A DNA stretch of 64,000 nucleotides. Source: an uncultured virus (IMG/VR IMGVR_UViG_3300032665_000019) (Duplodnaviria > Heunggongvirae > Uroviricota > Caudoviricetes). The stretch's first letter is position 1, and the number at the start of each line of letters is the position of its first letter. The notes under the pieces are model-generated. The model saw only the letters and a list, made by a program, of their open reading frames with translations. It made no database searches and was not told where the DNA came from. Positions 9,839-21,300 of this stretch are shown here, piece by piece. The DNA lies in the IMG/VR virus record IMGVR_UViG_3300032665_000019; one strand, written 5' to 3'. The position numbers and the translations under genes are program-made.

Positions 9839-11623
9839 ATGCCCCAACTACGTTATTATCAGGAAGCATGTATCCCGCAGGTATCATCATTACTTGCGGG
9901 AGGGCATAAGAGTGTTCTATTGCAAGGGGCGACGGGGGTAGGTAAAACAGTCCTTCTTTCTACTATCGCTCATAGATACAATCAGACCTCGAAGCAAAGG
10001 GTGCTCATCCTTGTCCACCGGTCAGAACTGGTACTGCAGACGCGCAGGACGCTGTTTGACTGGTATAATATCAACGCTCAAGCTATAGACCAGGAATGTA
10101 AAAGAGCTCATGACAGGCCGGTTTATGTAGGAATGTGTGAGACGGTATTTAGGAGACTGTCTAAAAATCCGAAATATATCCCTGAAATAGGGTTAGTCAT
10201 ATACGACGAGGCGCATAGGGGTGAATTCAAAAAACTACATGCTTTATTCCCTCAATCTCTTGCCATTGGATTTACTGCAACACCGATAAGTGCGTCAAAG
10301 AAAGACCCGTTAAAAAATTATTATTCAGAGATAGTATGCGCTATTGATATACCTGAATTGATTGATATATGGAAGCAGGATCATACGCAAGGGTTAGTGC
10401 AAAACAGGACGTATGCTCCTAAAAACGTAGACAGAAATCAATTAAAAATAGTACGTGGGGAATTTGACGAACATCAAATGGGGATAGAATTCTCTAAAAC
10501 CAGGCACGTCAGGAATACCGTTACAGAGTACACTAAGCATTGTGATGGATCAAAAGCAATTGTGTTCAATGTAAATGTGGCCCATTCTAAATTAGTATGT
10601 GAAGCGTTTCTGGAAGCAGGGTATCCTTGCAGGCATCTGGACGCATCTATGGGTGACGAATGGAGAAAAGATTGTTTGCGATGGCTTAAAGCAACGCCAG
10701 GTGCAATACTTTCAAGTGTGGATATATTAACTACTGGGTTTGATGAACCAAGTGTGACATGCATGATTGTAAATCGTAGTACTACCTCGCTCGTTTTATG
10801 GATCCAAATGACCGGTCGTGGCAGCAGGCCTTTTCCTGGTAAAGAATGGTTTACTATATTAGACATGGGAGGCAATGCTGTAGTCCATGGAAATTGGTGT
10901 GACGCGAGAGATTGGCGTGATTTATTCCACAATCCACAAAAGCCGAGAGAAAAAGCTGGTGCTCCACCGGTAAAAGAATGTCCAGAGTGTAATGCTATTG
11001 TGGCCGCCAGCGCTGGTAGCTGTATGTACTGTGGACATATATTCCCTGTAAAAGCTATTAAATATGACGCAATACCCTCTGAATTACAGCTAGTGACACG
11101 AAATATAGATGTAGCTATGCTGGCCATGGAACAGGAATCTGCAGGTAGGAAGCCTTACAGTACACTATTTGCCATAGGCACTAATCTGGCAACGCAGACT
11201 AAATACAAGTTAAGCAAGAGAACTATGACAGATGAAGTTGCGGACCAGGTACTTGAACTGTACAACGAAAAAGCTAAAGAGTGGTGTGAACTAAAGAATA
11301 AAAAATGGAATGATTTTCATCGGAAGATTGTCAGAGATCATTTATTTGGATTATTATCTAAATCATTCCATGGATGGAAGCACGCTAACTGGGAGCCGGA
11401 CGAAAGTAGGATCGTAAGTATCAGAGAAGTGCAGGAGCCGGTATCGCATGACTCAGGATTGAATACGAAAATGTCGAGTGACCTAGTGCCAAGTAAAGTG
11501 GGGTCGAATGAAATGGTATCGAGTATTGGAAAAATTTCCATGGCAAACACTGAGTTTAAAACAACTCAGCCTAGTAAACCAAATATTCACTTAGGAACGT
11601 TTCCTTTTGAAGCGTTTCTGTAA
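9839..11623 (+). CDS. Superfamily 2 DNA helicase (ResIII/RadD-like) with Zn finger
   Basis: 'LRYYQ', 'ATGVGKT', 'DEAH', 'TATP', 'LTTGFD', 'QMTGRGSR', then CPEC...CMYC. Confidence 0.92.
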   Translation: MPQLRYYQEACIPQVSSLLAGGHKSVLLQGATGVGKTVLLSTIAHRYNQTSKQRVLILVHRSELVLQTRRTLFDWYNINAQAIDQECKRAHDRPVYVGMCETVFRRLSKNPKYIPEIGLVIYDEAHRGEFKKLHALFPQSLAIGFTATPISASKKDPLKNYYSEIVCAIDIPELIDIWKQDHTQGLVQNRTYAPKNVDRNQLKIVRGEFDEHQMGIEFSKTRHVRNTVTEYTKHCDGSKAIVFNVNVAHSKLVCEAFLEAGYPCRHLDASMGDEWRKDCLRWLKATPGAILSSVDILTTGFDEPSVTCMIVNRSTTSLVLWIQMTGRGSRPFPGKEWFTILDMGGNAVVHGNWCDARDWRDLFHNPQKPREKAGAPPVKECPECNAIVAASAGSCMYCGHIFPVKAIKYDAIPSELQLVTRNIDVAMLAMEQESAGRKPYSTLFAIGTNLATQTKYKLSKRTMTDEVADQVLELYNEKAKEWCELKNKKWNDFHRKIVRDHLFGLLSKSFHGWKHANWEPDESRIVSIREVQEPVSHDSGLNTKMSSDLVPSKVGSNEMVSSIGKISMANTEFKTTQPSKPNIHLGTFPFEAFL

Positions 11624-11634
11624 TAAAATAAAGT

Positions 11635-11913
11635 ATGAAAATATTACCTAAGATATTTAGCATGACGTCGATATTTCGGAGATCTCTGAATACCAATAAA
11701 ATTATAAAAATTAAGATAATAGAGGTATGCCGCAGAGGGAAACATCAATTCATATGGGAAAATATTCAAGTGTTAACTAAAAGTGAAAATTGCAGCAAAG
11801 GGGTAACCCAAAGTAGAACCAGAACCTCAATACTTCAATACGACTGGCGTACTAAATATGCAACAGTAGTGCAAAATCAACGTGAAATTTCTAATCCAGG
11901 CAACCCGTTTTAA
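11635..11913 (+). CDS. Hypothetical protein
   Basis: 92 aa co-oriented ORF filling the helicase-primase gap. Confidence 0.45.
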   Translation: MKILPKIFSMTSIFRRSLNTNKIIKIKIIEVCRRGKHQFIWENIQVLTKSENCSKGVTQSRTRTSILQYDWRTKYATVVQNQREISNPGNPF

Positions 11914-11946
11914 AGTAAATTTATAGTTCCTCAAAAAAGAAAATAA

Positions 11947-14190
11947 ATGCCCACCATTTCCATCTTCCCGAACATAAAGACAGTAGCCAATGGCCAGCAT
12001 ATTGATCTGGATTTATTTTTAGACAATATACAGAACGGCAAATGGCAGGACGAAGTGTTTGGCGTTTTTTCCGGGAAACGTGATAAGTCATCGTTGCCTT
12101 ATGTAACAATCTCGGGTACTTTTGCGCATAGGAGTATTAACGGGCTGCAGCAGCATTCAGGATTTTTATGTATGGATATAGATGACGTGAATGTGAATGA
12201 AGTAAAGTCTAGAATATGCACGGACAAGCATGTTTACGCTTGCTTTACCAGCGTATCAGGTACTGGATTGGCGGTACTGTTTAAAATAAATCCTGAAAAA
12301 CATGCAGAGGCGTTTGAAGGACTGCAGGAATATTTGTTTCAGAATTACGAAGTTGTTTGTGACCCATCCTGCAAAGATGTATCCAGACCCAGGTATGTAT
12401 CATTCGACCCGTACTTATTCGTCAACCCTAGCGCTAATAAGTTTACTGATTATCAGAAAAAAAAGGCCCCGCAGAAAATACCAACTACCATATTTGCTCA
12501 GGACGACTTTGAAAATTTAATATCCGAAATTCAAAAAAGAGGGCTGAATATATGCGAAGCATACTCTGACTGGCTGCGAGTGGCATTCGCTTTGTGTGAT
12601 AAGTTTGGGGAGCAGGGTAGAAGTTATTTCCATATAGTATCCGCTAATTCCGGTAAGTACAGCCCTGATATCTGCGACAGGCAGTATACCAACTGCTTGA
12701 AAGCCAGGGGGCAGAAGATAGCTTCCATCGGTACGTTTTATTACTACTGTAAACAGGCAGGCCTGCAGATATACTCCCAAAAAACTAAGACAGTAGTAAA
12801 TGCTGCGCTTAATGCAAAAAAAGGCGGCAGGACCAGAGAGCAGGCGATGACGGTACTTACGCAGTTTGAAGGTATTTCACCGGAACAAAGCGAGGCGTTG
12901 GTAGAGCAAGTGTTTGACACTAACGTTGAAGGATTGCCGGATCAGAATCAGCAGGAAGTGTTAGAGCAGTGGTTGCGGCAGGAGTACGGGAGCATGAGGC
13001 GTAATGAGATTACCAGGTATATAGAATGCAACGGTAAGCCTATACTTCAAAAAGATATGAATACTATATGGGCCACGGCAGTTAAGATGTTTGAAAAATT
13101 AAGTTATGAAAGACTGGAACGTACTATCAATTCCGACCTCGTTCCTACATACAACCCTATCCGGGAGTTTTTTGAGAAGCACGAATCCGACACAAGGCCA
13201 CCGGAAGGCATCTCACTTATAGATAAATTGTTTGATTCAATCCTTTCAGAAGATTTTGAATATACCCGGTATTTTGGTAAAAAATGGCTGGTAAGCGTAG
13301 TAGCCAGTGCGTACGGCGTACACAGTCCGCTTATGTTAATCTTGTCTGGCCGAGTGCAAAATACCGGTAAGACATATTTTATGCGGCATATTATGCCACC
13401 AGAACTTTCTCATTACTTTGGTGATATAGCTTCCGGCATAAAAGAGCTCGACCTTAATATATTAATGACACAAAAATTAATACTACTGGATGATGAATGC
13501 GGGGGCAAGAGTAAGCGAGATGAAATAGCATTAAAGTCCATGCTCAGTAAGCAGACATTTTCTTTGCGTGAACCTTATGGCCGCAATAACGTAGACTTGA
13601 CTCGTATCGCTGTTCTTTGCGGGACTACAAACGAAGAAGCTATACTTTCAGACACAACGGGTAACAGGCGTATCGTGCCTATACCGGTGTTTAACATCGA
13701 TCATGCACAGTACAATTCAATTGATAAGACAGCTTTATTTATGGAAGCATACCGACTGTTTAAGGCAGGATTTAAGTACGAATTGAATAGCGATGATATT
13801 GAACGCATGCGTGTCGGTACCGAGAGATTTGAAAAATACTCTACTGAATATGAGCTTATCTGCCGGTATGTAAAGAACCCGATATTCGAGTGGGCAAATG
13901 GAGGCGAGAGAAAGACAGCTACCGAAGTAAGGATGCATCTGGAAACCATGTCAGGTTTAAAGAACTTGAATTTAACCAGGGTTGGCGCAGAAATGACTGC
14001 GCTAAAATTCAGGCAAAAACTTGTTCGCAAACCGCCATCATCCACTATGCGCGTGTATGATGTAGAGCTGGTGTTTGACAATAACACTCAGGTAACACCA
14101 TTAGGCACGCCTATGCAGCGCGGAGAGGTTGCTAATTTTAAAATAGAAAACAGGAATGATGAGTTTGATCAGGGTACACTTAATTTTTAA
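11947..14190 (+). CDS. Primase-helicase: BT4734/VirE N-terminal AEP-like domain, PriCT-2, VapE/VirE P-loop ATPase
   Basis: 'LPYVTISGTF...LCMDID...FTSVSGTG...DPSCKDVSR'; 'YSDWLRVAFAL...F...S'; 'GRVQNTGKT', 'LLDDE', 'LCGTTN...DTTGNRR'. Confidence 0.9.
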   Translation: MPTISIFPNIKTVANGQHIDLDLFLDNIQNGKWQDEVFGVFSGKRDKSSLPYVTISGTFAHRSINGLQQHSGFLCMDIDDVNVNEVKSRICTDKHVYACFTSVSGTGLAVLFKINPEKHAEAFEGLQEYLFQNYEVVCDPSCKDVSRPRYVSFDPYLFVNPSANKFTDYQKKKAPQKIPTTIFAQDDFENLISEIQKRGLNICEAYSDWLRVAFALCDKFGEQGRSYFHIVSANSGKYSPDICDRQYTNCLKARGQKIASIGTFYYYCKQAGLQIYSQKTKTVVNAALNAKKGGRTREQAMTVLTQFEGISPEQSEALVEQVFDTNVEGLPDQNQQEVLEQWLRQEYGSMRRNEITRYIECNGKPILQKDMNTIWATAVKMFEKLSYERLERTINSDLVPTYNPIREFFEKHESDTRPPEGISLIDKLFDSILSEDFEYTRYFGKKWLVSVVASAYGVHSPLMLILSGRVQNTGKTYFMRHIMPPELSHYFGDIASGIKELDLNILMTQKLILLDDECGGKSKRDEIALKSMLSKQTFSLREPYGRNNVDLTRIAVLCGTTNEEAILSDTTGNRRIVPIPVFNIDHAQYNSIDKTALFMEAYRLFKAGFKYELNSDDIERMRVGTERFEKYSTEYELICRYVKNPIFEWANGGERKTATEVRMHLETMSGLKNLNLTRVGAEMTALKFRQKLVRKPPSSTMRVYDVELVFDNNTQVTPLGTPMQRGEVANFKIENRNDEFDQGTLNF

Positions 14191-14225
14191 CCTATGAGCT
14201 GCGATAATCACCCAATGTAATCTTT

Positions 14226-14405
14226 ATGAACTGCGATAAACATGTATTTGTAACGAGGAAGGGAGCTAAGGAATATAAGCGTAAGATTAATACCTGGGCA
14301 GAAAAAAAGATGACTAATATTTACTGGTGCGATAAATGCAGCGGGTACCATTTAACTACTATGGATAAGAAACAAAGCAGGAATATCACTTTTAAAAATA
14401 AATAA
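14226..14405 (+). CDS. Small Zn-finger protein (59 aa)
   Basis: Below the ORF-track cut-off. MNCDKHVF...YWCDKCSGYHLTT...; stop 1 nt before the next ATG. Confidence 0.65.
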   Translation: MNCDKHVFVTRKGAKEYKRKINTWAEKKMTNIYWCDKCSGYHLTTMDKKQSRNITFKNK

Positions 14406-14406
14406 G

Positions 14407-14631
14407 ATGCAACAATTAGAAGATGAATTTTATAAAGCAGGTGTTAATCAACGAATGACTAAAGGCTGTACCGCCATAACCATTAAACACATGAAAGGGT
14501 TTGCGGAGTGGGCAAATGATAATTACTATAAAATAACCGAAACAAGGGTATGGTTTAAAGACCATATTCAGGAAGGTACATACACCACAGAACAGTTAAT
14601 CGGAAAGTATTTTGAAAAACCTAACTCATAA
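14407..14631 (+). CDS. Hypothetical protein
   Basis: Co-oriented small ORF in a tightly packed cluster. Confidence 0.55.
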   Translation: MQQLEDEFYKAGVNQRMTKGCTAITIKHMKGFAEWANDNYYKITETRVWFKDHIQEGTYTTEQLIGKYFEKPNS

Positions 14632-14636
14632 TACCC

Positions 14637-14828
14637 ATGCAAATATCAACGAAACTCCCGGAGGGCTTTTTCGACCTCACTCTCGAACAGCAGGAGCACA
14701 TTTTAGAACAGCGATTTAAAGAAGTAGGGAAAATGGATTCCTATTATCGCAAGCTACTGGCTGTAAACCGGGGAGGGAAGAGAGTAACCGAGGAAGTAAT
14801 AAATGAAAGATTTATAATCAAAAATTAA
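14637..14828 (+). CDS. Hypothetical protein
   Basis: Co-oriented small ORF. Confidence 0.55.
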   Translation: MQISTKLPEGFFDLTLEQQEHILEQRFKEVGKMDSYYRKLLAVNRGGKRVTEEVINERFIIKN

Positions 14829-14846
14829 AACAAAAAAATAAACCTT

Positions 14847-15032
14847 ATGAAAAAAATAATCGGTTACAGTATTATAGCTGCCTTAATGTTAGGTATGTTT
14901 TCCACATTATTGTATATTATTCCTATTAAGATTTTATTGTGCATAATGGGTATAACATTTTTTATTGCTGGTTTATTACATCTTGCTGTTTATCTAATTA
15001 GTGAACCTGAAACAAAGGAGGAAGTAAAATGA
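14847..15032 (+). CDS. Small two-TM membrane protein
   Basis: Two hydrophobic stretches; ATGA overlap with the next gene. Confidence 0.6.
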   Translation: MKKIIGYSIIAALMLGMFSTLLYIIPIKILLCIMGITFFIAGLLHLAVYLISEPETKEEVK

Positions 15033-15505
15033 CACACCTAAAAGAAAACATATATGCTATTGAAGTGCCGGAAGATGCGGGAGAGTTTGAAATACACGAC
15101 AAAGAAGGTTTGAAAATTGCAGTATTAGGTTTTATGAATCATACTGATAAATTTCCCTTTAAATTACCTTATATAGTTGAAGTATTACCTTCCGGCAACT
15201 GGCAGATAATAGGTACAGTAACTCCCGACAATTACGACTTCGACATCACAGAAGTGTTTAATTGTCCTGAATTCAACCATCTTTTAAGGGAGGATATTGA
15301 ACTGTATTTTAAAATGCATGAACATAAGTTACGGGAACTACTTGCGAGTAAAGGACTTCACTTTGAAAACCCGTATGGTAAAGAAGAACCTGATTACACC
15401 TGTGTCGGAGAAAAAGATACCAAAGAATTACATAGTAAACAGGATGCATGGCAGGAAGCAGAAAACAAACTTATCAGAAAACTTTTAATCATTAAAAAAT
15501 TGTAA
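15029..15505 (+). CDS. Hypothetical protein
   Basis: 158 aa, translationally coupled. Confidence 0.6.
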   Translation: MTHLKENIYAIEVPEDAGEFEIHDKEGLKIAVLGFMNHTDKFPFKLPYIVEVLPSGNWQIIGTVTPDNYDFDITEVFNCPEFNHLLREDIELYFKMHEHKLRELLASKGLHFENPYGKEEPDYTCVGEKDTKELHSKQDAWQEAENKLIRKLLIIKKL

Positions 15506-15506
15506 A

Positions 15507-15740
15507 ATGTACACAAAAGTAGAATGTATTTGTCTTACCTGTGATAATTGCGGTAAGGAATTTGAATCTAGTAATGGCTTTAGTATTTTTTCACGTGAAG
15601 AACAGGCTTATGAGTATGCTGATATTCAAGGTTGGTATATGTATTCTGAAGATGGTAAACATTATTGCAATAAATGCCATCATGTTGATGATAACGATAA
15701 TTTAGTTATTAAACCGATAACCCCAACCACCCATGAATAA
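15507..15740 (+). CDS. Zn-ribbon hypothetical protein
   Basis: CDNC...GW...HYCNKC. Confidence 0.65.
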   Translation: MYTKVECICLTCDNCGKEFESSNGFSIFSREEQAYEYADIQGWYMYSEDGKHYCNKCHHVDDNDNLVIKPITPTTHE

Positions 15741-16053
15741 TACACCATTACAACAGTTGAGAGATAAACTCAATGAAAAGCGAAAAGAAGTAACTAAAGA
15801 CAGGGCAACACTTTACAGCAATGGTTACAAGATGGCTCTTGTAGATATAATGTACCTTATTGATGAATTTAAGGAATCCGAAAAACAGGCAATAATAGAT
15901 GCATACAATCAGGGGTATAGAGATGGATATTCAGAAGCAGATTGCGGAGTAATATCCGATAAAGATGTAAGCGAATTTGATGATGCAGAACAATATTTTA
16001 ATAACACTTATAAACAACAAGATGACAAAGAAAGACAGGGAGATAGTATTTAA
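15733..16053 (+). CDS. Hypothetical phage protein
   Basis: 'EKQAIIDAY...AEQYFNNTY' motif, which I recall from small Bacteroidota phage genes. Confidence 0.6.
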   Translation: MNNTPLQQLRDKLNEKRKEVTKDRATLYSNGYKMALVDIMYLIDEFKESEKQAIIDAYNQGYRDGYSEADCGVISDKDVSEFDDAEQYFNNTYKQQDDKERQGDSI

Positions 16054-16435
16054 TAAGTTTGGTGGTAAGTGTGCTTATTGTGGTTGCGAACTAACTAAGG
16101 GGTGGCACGTTGATGAAATAGAACCAGTACGGAGAAGTCGTGAGTATTTAAAGGATAGTAATGGTGATCGTATTTGGGATAAAGTAAAAAGAGATTACAA
16201 AAGCAAAGCAACGGTAGAACACCCTGAAAGATTTAATATAGACAATCAATACCCTGCCTGTCCTTCCTGTAATATCAATAAACATTCTATGCCATTGGAA
16301 GAATTTAGAAATCTTATTAAAGGGTTTATGAAGCACTTAAATGAAATATCTACCCAATATAAGATTGCAAAAAGGTATGGTCTTATAAAGGAAACAGACA
16401 TTGAAGTAAAATTTTATTTTGAAACTTATAAATAA
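16022..16435 (+). CDS. HNH endonuclease
   Basis: 'REIVFNKFGGKCAYCG...WHVDEIEP...NQYPACPSCNINK'. Start MTKKDRE at 16022 preferred. Confidence 0.85.
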   Translation: MTKKDREIVFNKFGGKCAYCGCELTKGWHVDEIEPVRRSREYLKDSNGDRIWDKVKRDYKSKATVEHPERFNIDNQYPACPSCNINKHSMPLEEFRNLIKGFMKHLNEISTQYKIAKRYGLIKETDIEVKFYFETYK

Positions 16436-16440
16436 CAATC

Positions 16441-16692
16441 ATGAGTAAAGCAGAAAAAATTTTAAGCAACTATGTTCTTAAGAGTGAATATGGATTACCT
16501 ATTTGGACAGAATCAGCAGTTTTATTAGCTATGAAAGAAGCTATGGAAGTGGCTTTTGAAGCGGGGTATTTAAAAAGAGATTGTGAAGTAAATACATCAA
16601 AAGATGAATGTTCATTTAAAGATTTAATGGATGATGAAACTACTCCCGACAAACAAACCTTTATCTCCGAATTTTTCGGGGAAGAAAAATAA
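16441..16692 (+). CDS. Hypothetical protein
   Basis: Co-oriented and coupled to the next gene. Confidence 0.55.
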   Translation: MSKAEKILSNYVLKSEYGLPIWTESAVLLAMKEAMEVAFEAGYLKRDCEVNTSKDECSFKDLMDDETTPDKQTFISEFFGEEK

Positions 16693-17162
16693 TGCACATG
16701 AATAAAATAGAAACCACATATCTCCCATCTGAATCCTCTATTCAGTCAGAATGTTTTCGGTGGCACTGGAACGCTTACCCGCAGCAACGTGGGCAGTTAT
16801 TTATGGTTTACAATAACCCTAAAAATGCCGCTCATGGGTCTATACTAAAAGGTATGGGTATGGTTAGAGGCGTTAGCGATTTGATATATTTACCCGGACA
16901 TATCTACATTCCCGGTATCACACACGGTATCACACCCGTATCCACGCTCTGCCCCACACCCGGCATCGCACTTTGTTGCCCTTCCCCTGTCCTTTTCCTG
17001 GAATGTAAACTACCAGGCGAACACCAGAAGCCAGAGCAAATAGAATTCGAGAAGCTGGTGACAGGTATAGGTCACCAGTACTATATATTCAGATCATTAG
17101 CCGAGTTTCAGGCAATACTTGCTCCATATTTAGCTAAGTCTGTGTTCTCCACCCAGTTATAA
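16692..17162 (+). CDS. VRR-NUC family nuclease (resolvase-like)
   Basis: 'SESSIQ...GMVRGVSDL...LFLECK...QKPEQ..F...GHQY', with an internal repeat-derived insertion. Confidence 0.85.
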   Translation: MHMNKIETTYLPSESSIQSECFRWHWNAYPQQRGQLFMVYNNPKNAAHGSILKGMGMVRGVSDLIYLPGHIYIPGITHGITPVSTLCPTPGIALCCPSPVLFLECKLPGEHQKPEQIEFEKLVTGIGHQYYIFRSLAEFQAILAPYLAKSVFSTQL

Positions 17163-17721
17163 AGAACGCCTGACCGGTTGCTGCAGGGACAGTAAATGTT
17201 AGTACACAATTTGATGTTCCGTAGGTGATAGTATAAGATTGGCGATCAGTCAGCCCTGGAATAACTACTGAATTATCTATGACCACTTGTATTGAGTTAG
17301 GAATAATATTAGCAAACGGCAGTGTGATAGTAGTGCCACCATTGCCAATAAGATCACCGGTGCCACCTACAATGAAGGACTCTACAATAGGCGTTATATT
17401 TGATTCAGTTACAGGTACAATAGGATTGATTACGCTGCCACCGTTATTCCCTGCGATAGTCTCAGCGACAGGTATGTAACTCCCGCAAAGAGAAAACATA
17501 TAGGTAGCAACTAATGGTAGGTTTGTGTCACTTGCCGCGTTGGTGTTTACCCAGTTAACTATATCAGCAAAATAACCAAGTAAGAATGGTAACCTTTGTT
17601 TACCTCTATCTATTCCCCACTGCATAATATTCTGCATACTATTCCCATTTCTGCTTAAATACTGCGAAATGTTTGCGTATTTAATCCAGAGGCTGATAGG
17701 ATATGTTTCACTTGTTGCCAT
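17134..17721 (-). CDS. Putative virion structural protein
   Basis: Last gene of the (-) structural block; Thr/Gly-rich beta C-terminus; converges on VRR-NUC with a 29-bp overlap. Confidence 0.55.
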   Translation of the reverse strand: MATSETYPISLWIKYANISQYLSRNGNSMQNIMQWGIDRGKQRLPFLLGYFADIVNWVNTNAASDTNLPLVATYMFSLCGSYIPVAETIAGNNGGSVINPIVPVTESNITPIVESFIVGGTGDLIGNGGTTITLPFANIIPNSIQVVIDNSVVIPGLTDRQSYTITYGTSNCVLTFTVPAATGQAFFITGWRTQT

Positions 17722-17723
17722 GA

Positions 17724-18251
17724 TTACCCAAATAAATTGTTTTGATTTTGAATCATAACATTTAAACTATCTAAAGCCTGTTGTGCAGATACCTGGTCAG
17801 AGTACAATCCCGCTGTTTTAGCCATGTTTAAAAGTCCGTAAGCCTTGGATAAATTCCCGAAAAAATTAGGTATATCAGTTACTGCAGGATTAGCTGCAAT
17901 AGATTGAGATAGTGAATATAAGAATAGATAAGAATAATTAGTAAGCGTTACAATCTGAGTTGCAGTATATACACTGCCTGTCTGCGGATTGCTTGAAGTT
18001 AAAACAAGTTGTACTGAAAGGCTGTAATCACGCATCATTCCTGCCAGCGTTATAGCTCCACTCGGGTATGCGGAAAAAGAAAAACTCGGTGATCCTGGAT
18101 AAGAAAACGCTGCGCCATTGGCATACGAAACGAATAATTGTCTATTGGTAAAAGTACTTAAAGGCTCTGCACCCCCATAATTAGAAGTGTCAGTAACAGT
18201 CAGTTCTCCCGTTGCTGGTACAGATACGGTAAATGCTGCGGTGAATGACAT
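17724..18251 (-). CDS. Putative virion structural protein
   Basis: Ig-like S/T-rich N-terminus plus helical C-terminus; structural context. Confidence 0.55.
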   Translation of the reverse strand: MSFTAAFTVSVPATGELTVTDTSNYGGAEPLSTFTNRQLFVSYANGAAFSYPGSPSFSFSAYPSGAITLAGMMRDYSLSVQLVLTSSNPQTGSVYTATQIVTLTNYSYLFLYSLSQSIAANPAVTDIPNFFGNLSKAYGLLNMAKTAGLYSDQVSAQQALDSLNVMIQNQNNLFG

Positions 18252-18309
18252 GATAATAAGTTTGAGTGTAAAGTTAATTGGTTAGTATGACATGGGCAAA
18301 TAGTTGAAT

Positions 18310-21300
18310 TTAGTCGTTCCCCTTCTTTTTCTCTTTCACCGCGCTTATGCCAGTACCTACAGCATTTAACACACTGTATGTCCAGTCGTTTTCCCCGCTG
18401 GCCGCCTGCCACATATTTTGGATTGATACCGGCGTAGCCCCTCTTATTTGAGAAAGTATGAATGAAGGTAACTGGTTATACTCCAACGGGTGAGCACCTC
18501 CCTGAGCCCATTTAGTTAGTTTACCTTTTAATTTTCCACCTTCCTTCATGCCAGGCAAATAAACCTGACCTGTTTTTTTATAGGTATGTTTTCTGGTATA
18601 AACACCTTTATCGTCCAGCCCCGTCAATTCGTCCAGCGTGGTAAATTCTTTTTTCTGCCAGTTTTCGGAAGTAAGTGCTTCTTCCCCTACTTTAAATACA
18701 TAAGACATTTTATTATCCAAGTATGTCAACGGGTGGCTAACTGCTTTTAGCGGATCAGTGTATGCTCCGAATATAGAAAAGTAAGCACGCTTATCCGTTT
18801 CCCCACCAAGCGCATGATACAAAGGAGATATGTCAATCATTAATTCTTTTAAGTTACCCTGCGCCCATGCTTGCTTATACCTTCTGGTAAAGGCCTGTTC
18901 CCATGTCTCGTCCCCTCTTTCGTCCATAAATGACATACCTGCACTTGCTACAGCGGTTAGAGTAGCCCCGCGTAAAATAACTCTACCCCATGCTTTTCGA
19001 TACAAATCACCTTCCTGCCCTCGCTCGAATGCTTTTTTTGCAAACCTGAGATTACTCGCTGTCCAGTCTGGTGCTAACAGTAATAAAGAAGATAAATGTC
19101 TTACTGTTGGGTTTTGCATACCGGTTCCATGCATGCGCTCCCAGTTAATTCCACCGTAAGAATCATTAACCATTTTAGCTACTCTTTTTGCTACTTCATT
19201 TGGATTTTCATCTGGATGCGCAGCTATTTCTTTTTGCAGCATATTTACTCCGTCAAATGCCTTGAGGCCAGCTCCGTATGTTTCAAACAAGTGTTTGTGC
19301 ATAGCTTCAGTTAACCCTTTCATTTTATCTTTCATTTCACCAGGCCACCCTAGCTGATCCAGTTTTTTATCCAGCCAGGAAATATGATTACTAATCCCTT
19401 CATCAAAATCCTGTTTACGGCTTATGGTCAATCCGTTTTTTACCAGCATCTCTAAATGAGGATTCTGTTGACTCATTAAATCTAATCCACCTTTATATGC
19501 AGTAATAGGATTAATATGGGGAAAACTTCCTTTTTGCCCCAGTAAAAGATGTACCAATGAAAAAGCTCTATAGTGGAATCCTGATAAAGAAAGTATGGAT
19601 AGTTTCACCAATCTATTAAACTCGGTTATTTGTTTTATTACCGGCACATCACTCAACGCAGACTTACCCAGTATATTATTTAAAGACTTAGCTACCTTTT
19701 CTGGTGCATATACATCTGATTTTTTCATTACGGTCCCTTCCGGTGTTACCATAATATCACGTCTCCTGCCAAATAACTGCGCTTCTTCCTGCTCGTAATC
19801 TTCCAACTTACCAGCGTATTCCCATTTTTTAAAATAAGGAGATTCTATCTTTTTATACCCAGGCTCCGCATAGGTAGTAAGGAATGGTTTCAATACAGGT
19901 TTGCCTTCTTCATCCAATTCACCGGTGTCTACCCGCAAGGCCATACCTTTATCCAATAGTTTTCTACTTTCTACTACATTGGCAATCTCCTGTTTAAGCG
20001 CAGCCAGGTTGTTACTTGCTCCTTCAATCTTCAGTTTATATCCTTTAGCCCATCCTTCAAGTATTGTATCCAGTGACCTTTCCAATGAATGCCTGGAAGA
20101 TGTTTTCAGTTTTGAAAACATATCCGTACTGCCGGATTTATCTTCAAAATCCCATGATCTAGCTACGTAGTTATCCAGTACATCACGAATAAGCCCTTCA
20201 TTCTTAGCCTGTAATCCTACTTGCTGGTACTGGGCTTTAATATCATCTGCTATCTTTTTTTGTGCAGGTGTAAGATTCTGAGCCATCTCTAATATCTTAG
20301 CCTGTTTTAGTGTTAAGTTTTCAGCAAACTCGGTAGCGTGCTCAGGGTTGCGTTGCAAATCCATATATACATGAATGGCTCGGTCTACATCTTTCCAGTC
20401 GCCTCCGCCTTTAGGTACGCTTGCCCGGATAGCATCCTGAAACTTTCTCGCCTCCTGTTGCGCTCTGAACTTAGCCACATCTTTATCGCCCATCCATTCG
20501 TCTTCCAAACGAAAATGTTCTTTAATGGCTTTTTCTAATTCAAAAACGCGGGTTTTATTTGGTATAGGATTAGCTTTAGCATCCCCAAGTATTGCTAAAG
20601 CTATCTCTTTGGGAACACCTTGCTTAGTCAAATACGACATAGCCTGTGCATCCGTACGCCCATCCATCAAATACTGCTGCATCTTTTCTTTTGGTTCTCG
20701 GTTCATCCCGGTATTCTCTCTTAATTGATAATGAACCGCGTCAAGTTCGTCATCTTTCACCCCTTGCTCTTTTAACCAGTCAATACCTTTTTGTACCGCA
20801 TCGGCCAGTTTCATTCCGCCGACTACAGCGCCATGGACAATATCTACCAGCCCGTTCCAAAGTGGAGGCGGTATGGGTAACGCGTATGCGGAGCCTGGCT
20901 TTAGCTTCATGCTATCGAAAAACTTATCTACCTTCTTGCGCGCATCATTATCCGCAGGGTCAATCCCGTCAGAAACCATATCATGTAACTCCTGTCTCCT
21001 GTCCGCCACTACCTGGTCCAGCACGTCTTTAGGTATATCCGATATACTAGGGTATTTGATTCCTGTCCTTTTAACAACTGAGTTGATTATCTGCGCCGGG
21101 TGTTCAAAGCCTAGTTCGTCTGCGAGGGATTGGTCTTTAGCCATCATGTCGGGAGTGAGTTCTGCTTTAACGATGGGTGTTATTAACCCCAACCTCCTCG
21201 ACCCCTCATCACTCAGTAAGTGATCAATAAACGCATCGTGACCTTTAAATGTTTGCATACTGCCGTCTGGCATGAGTATATTGAAGTCGCAGTCTTTATA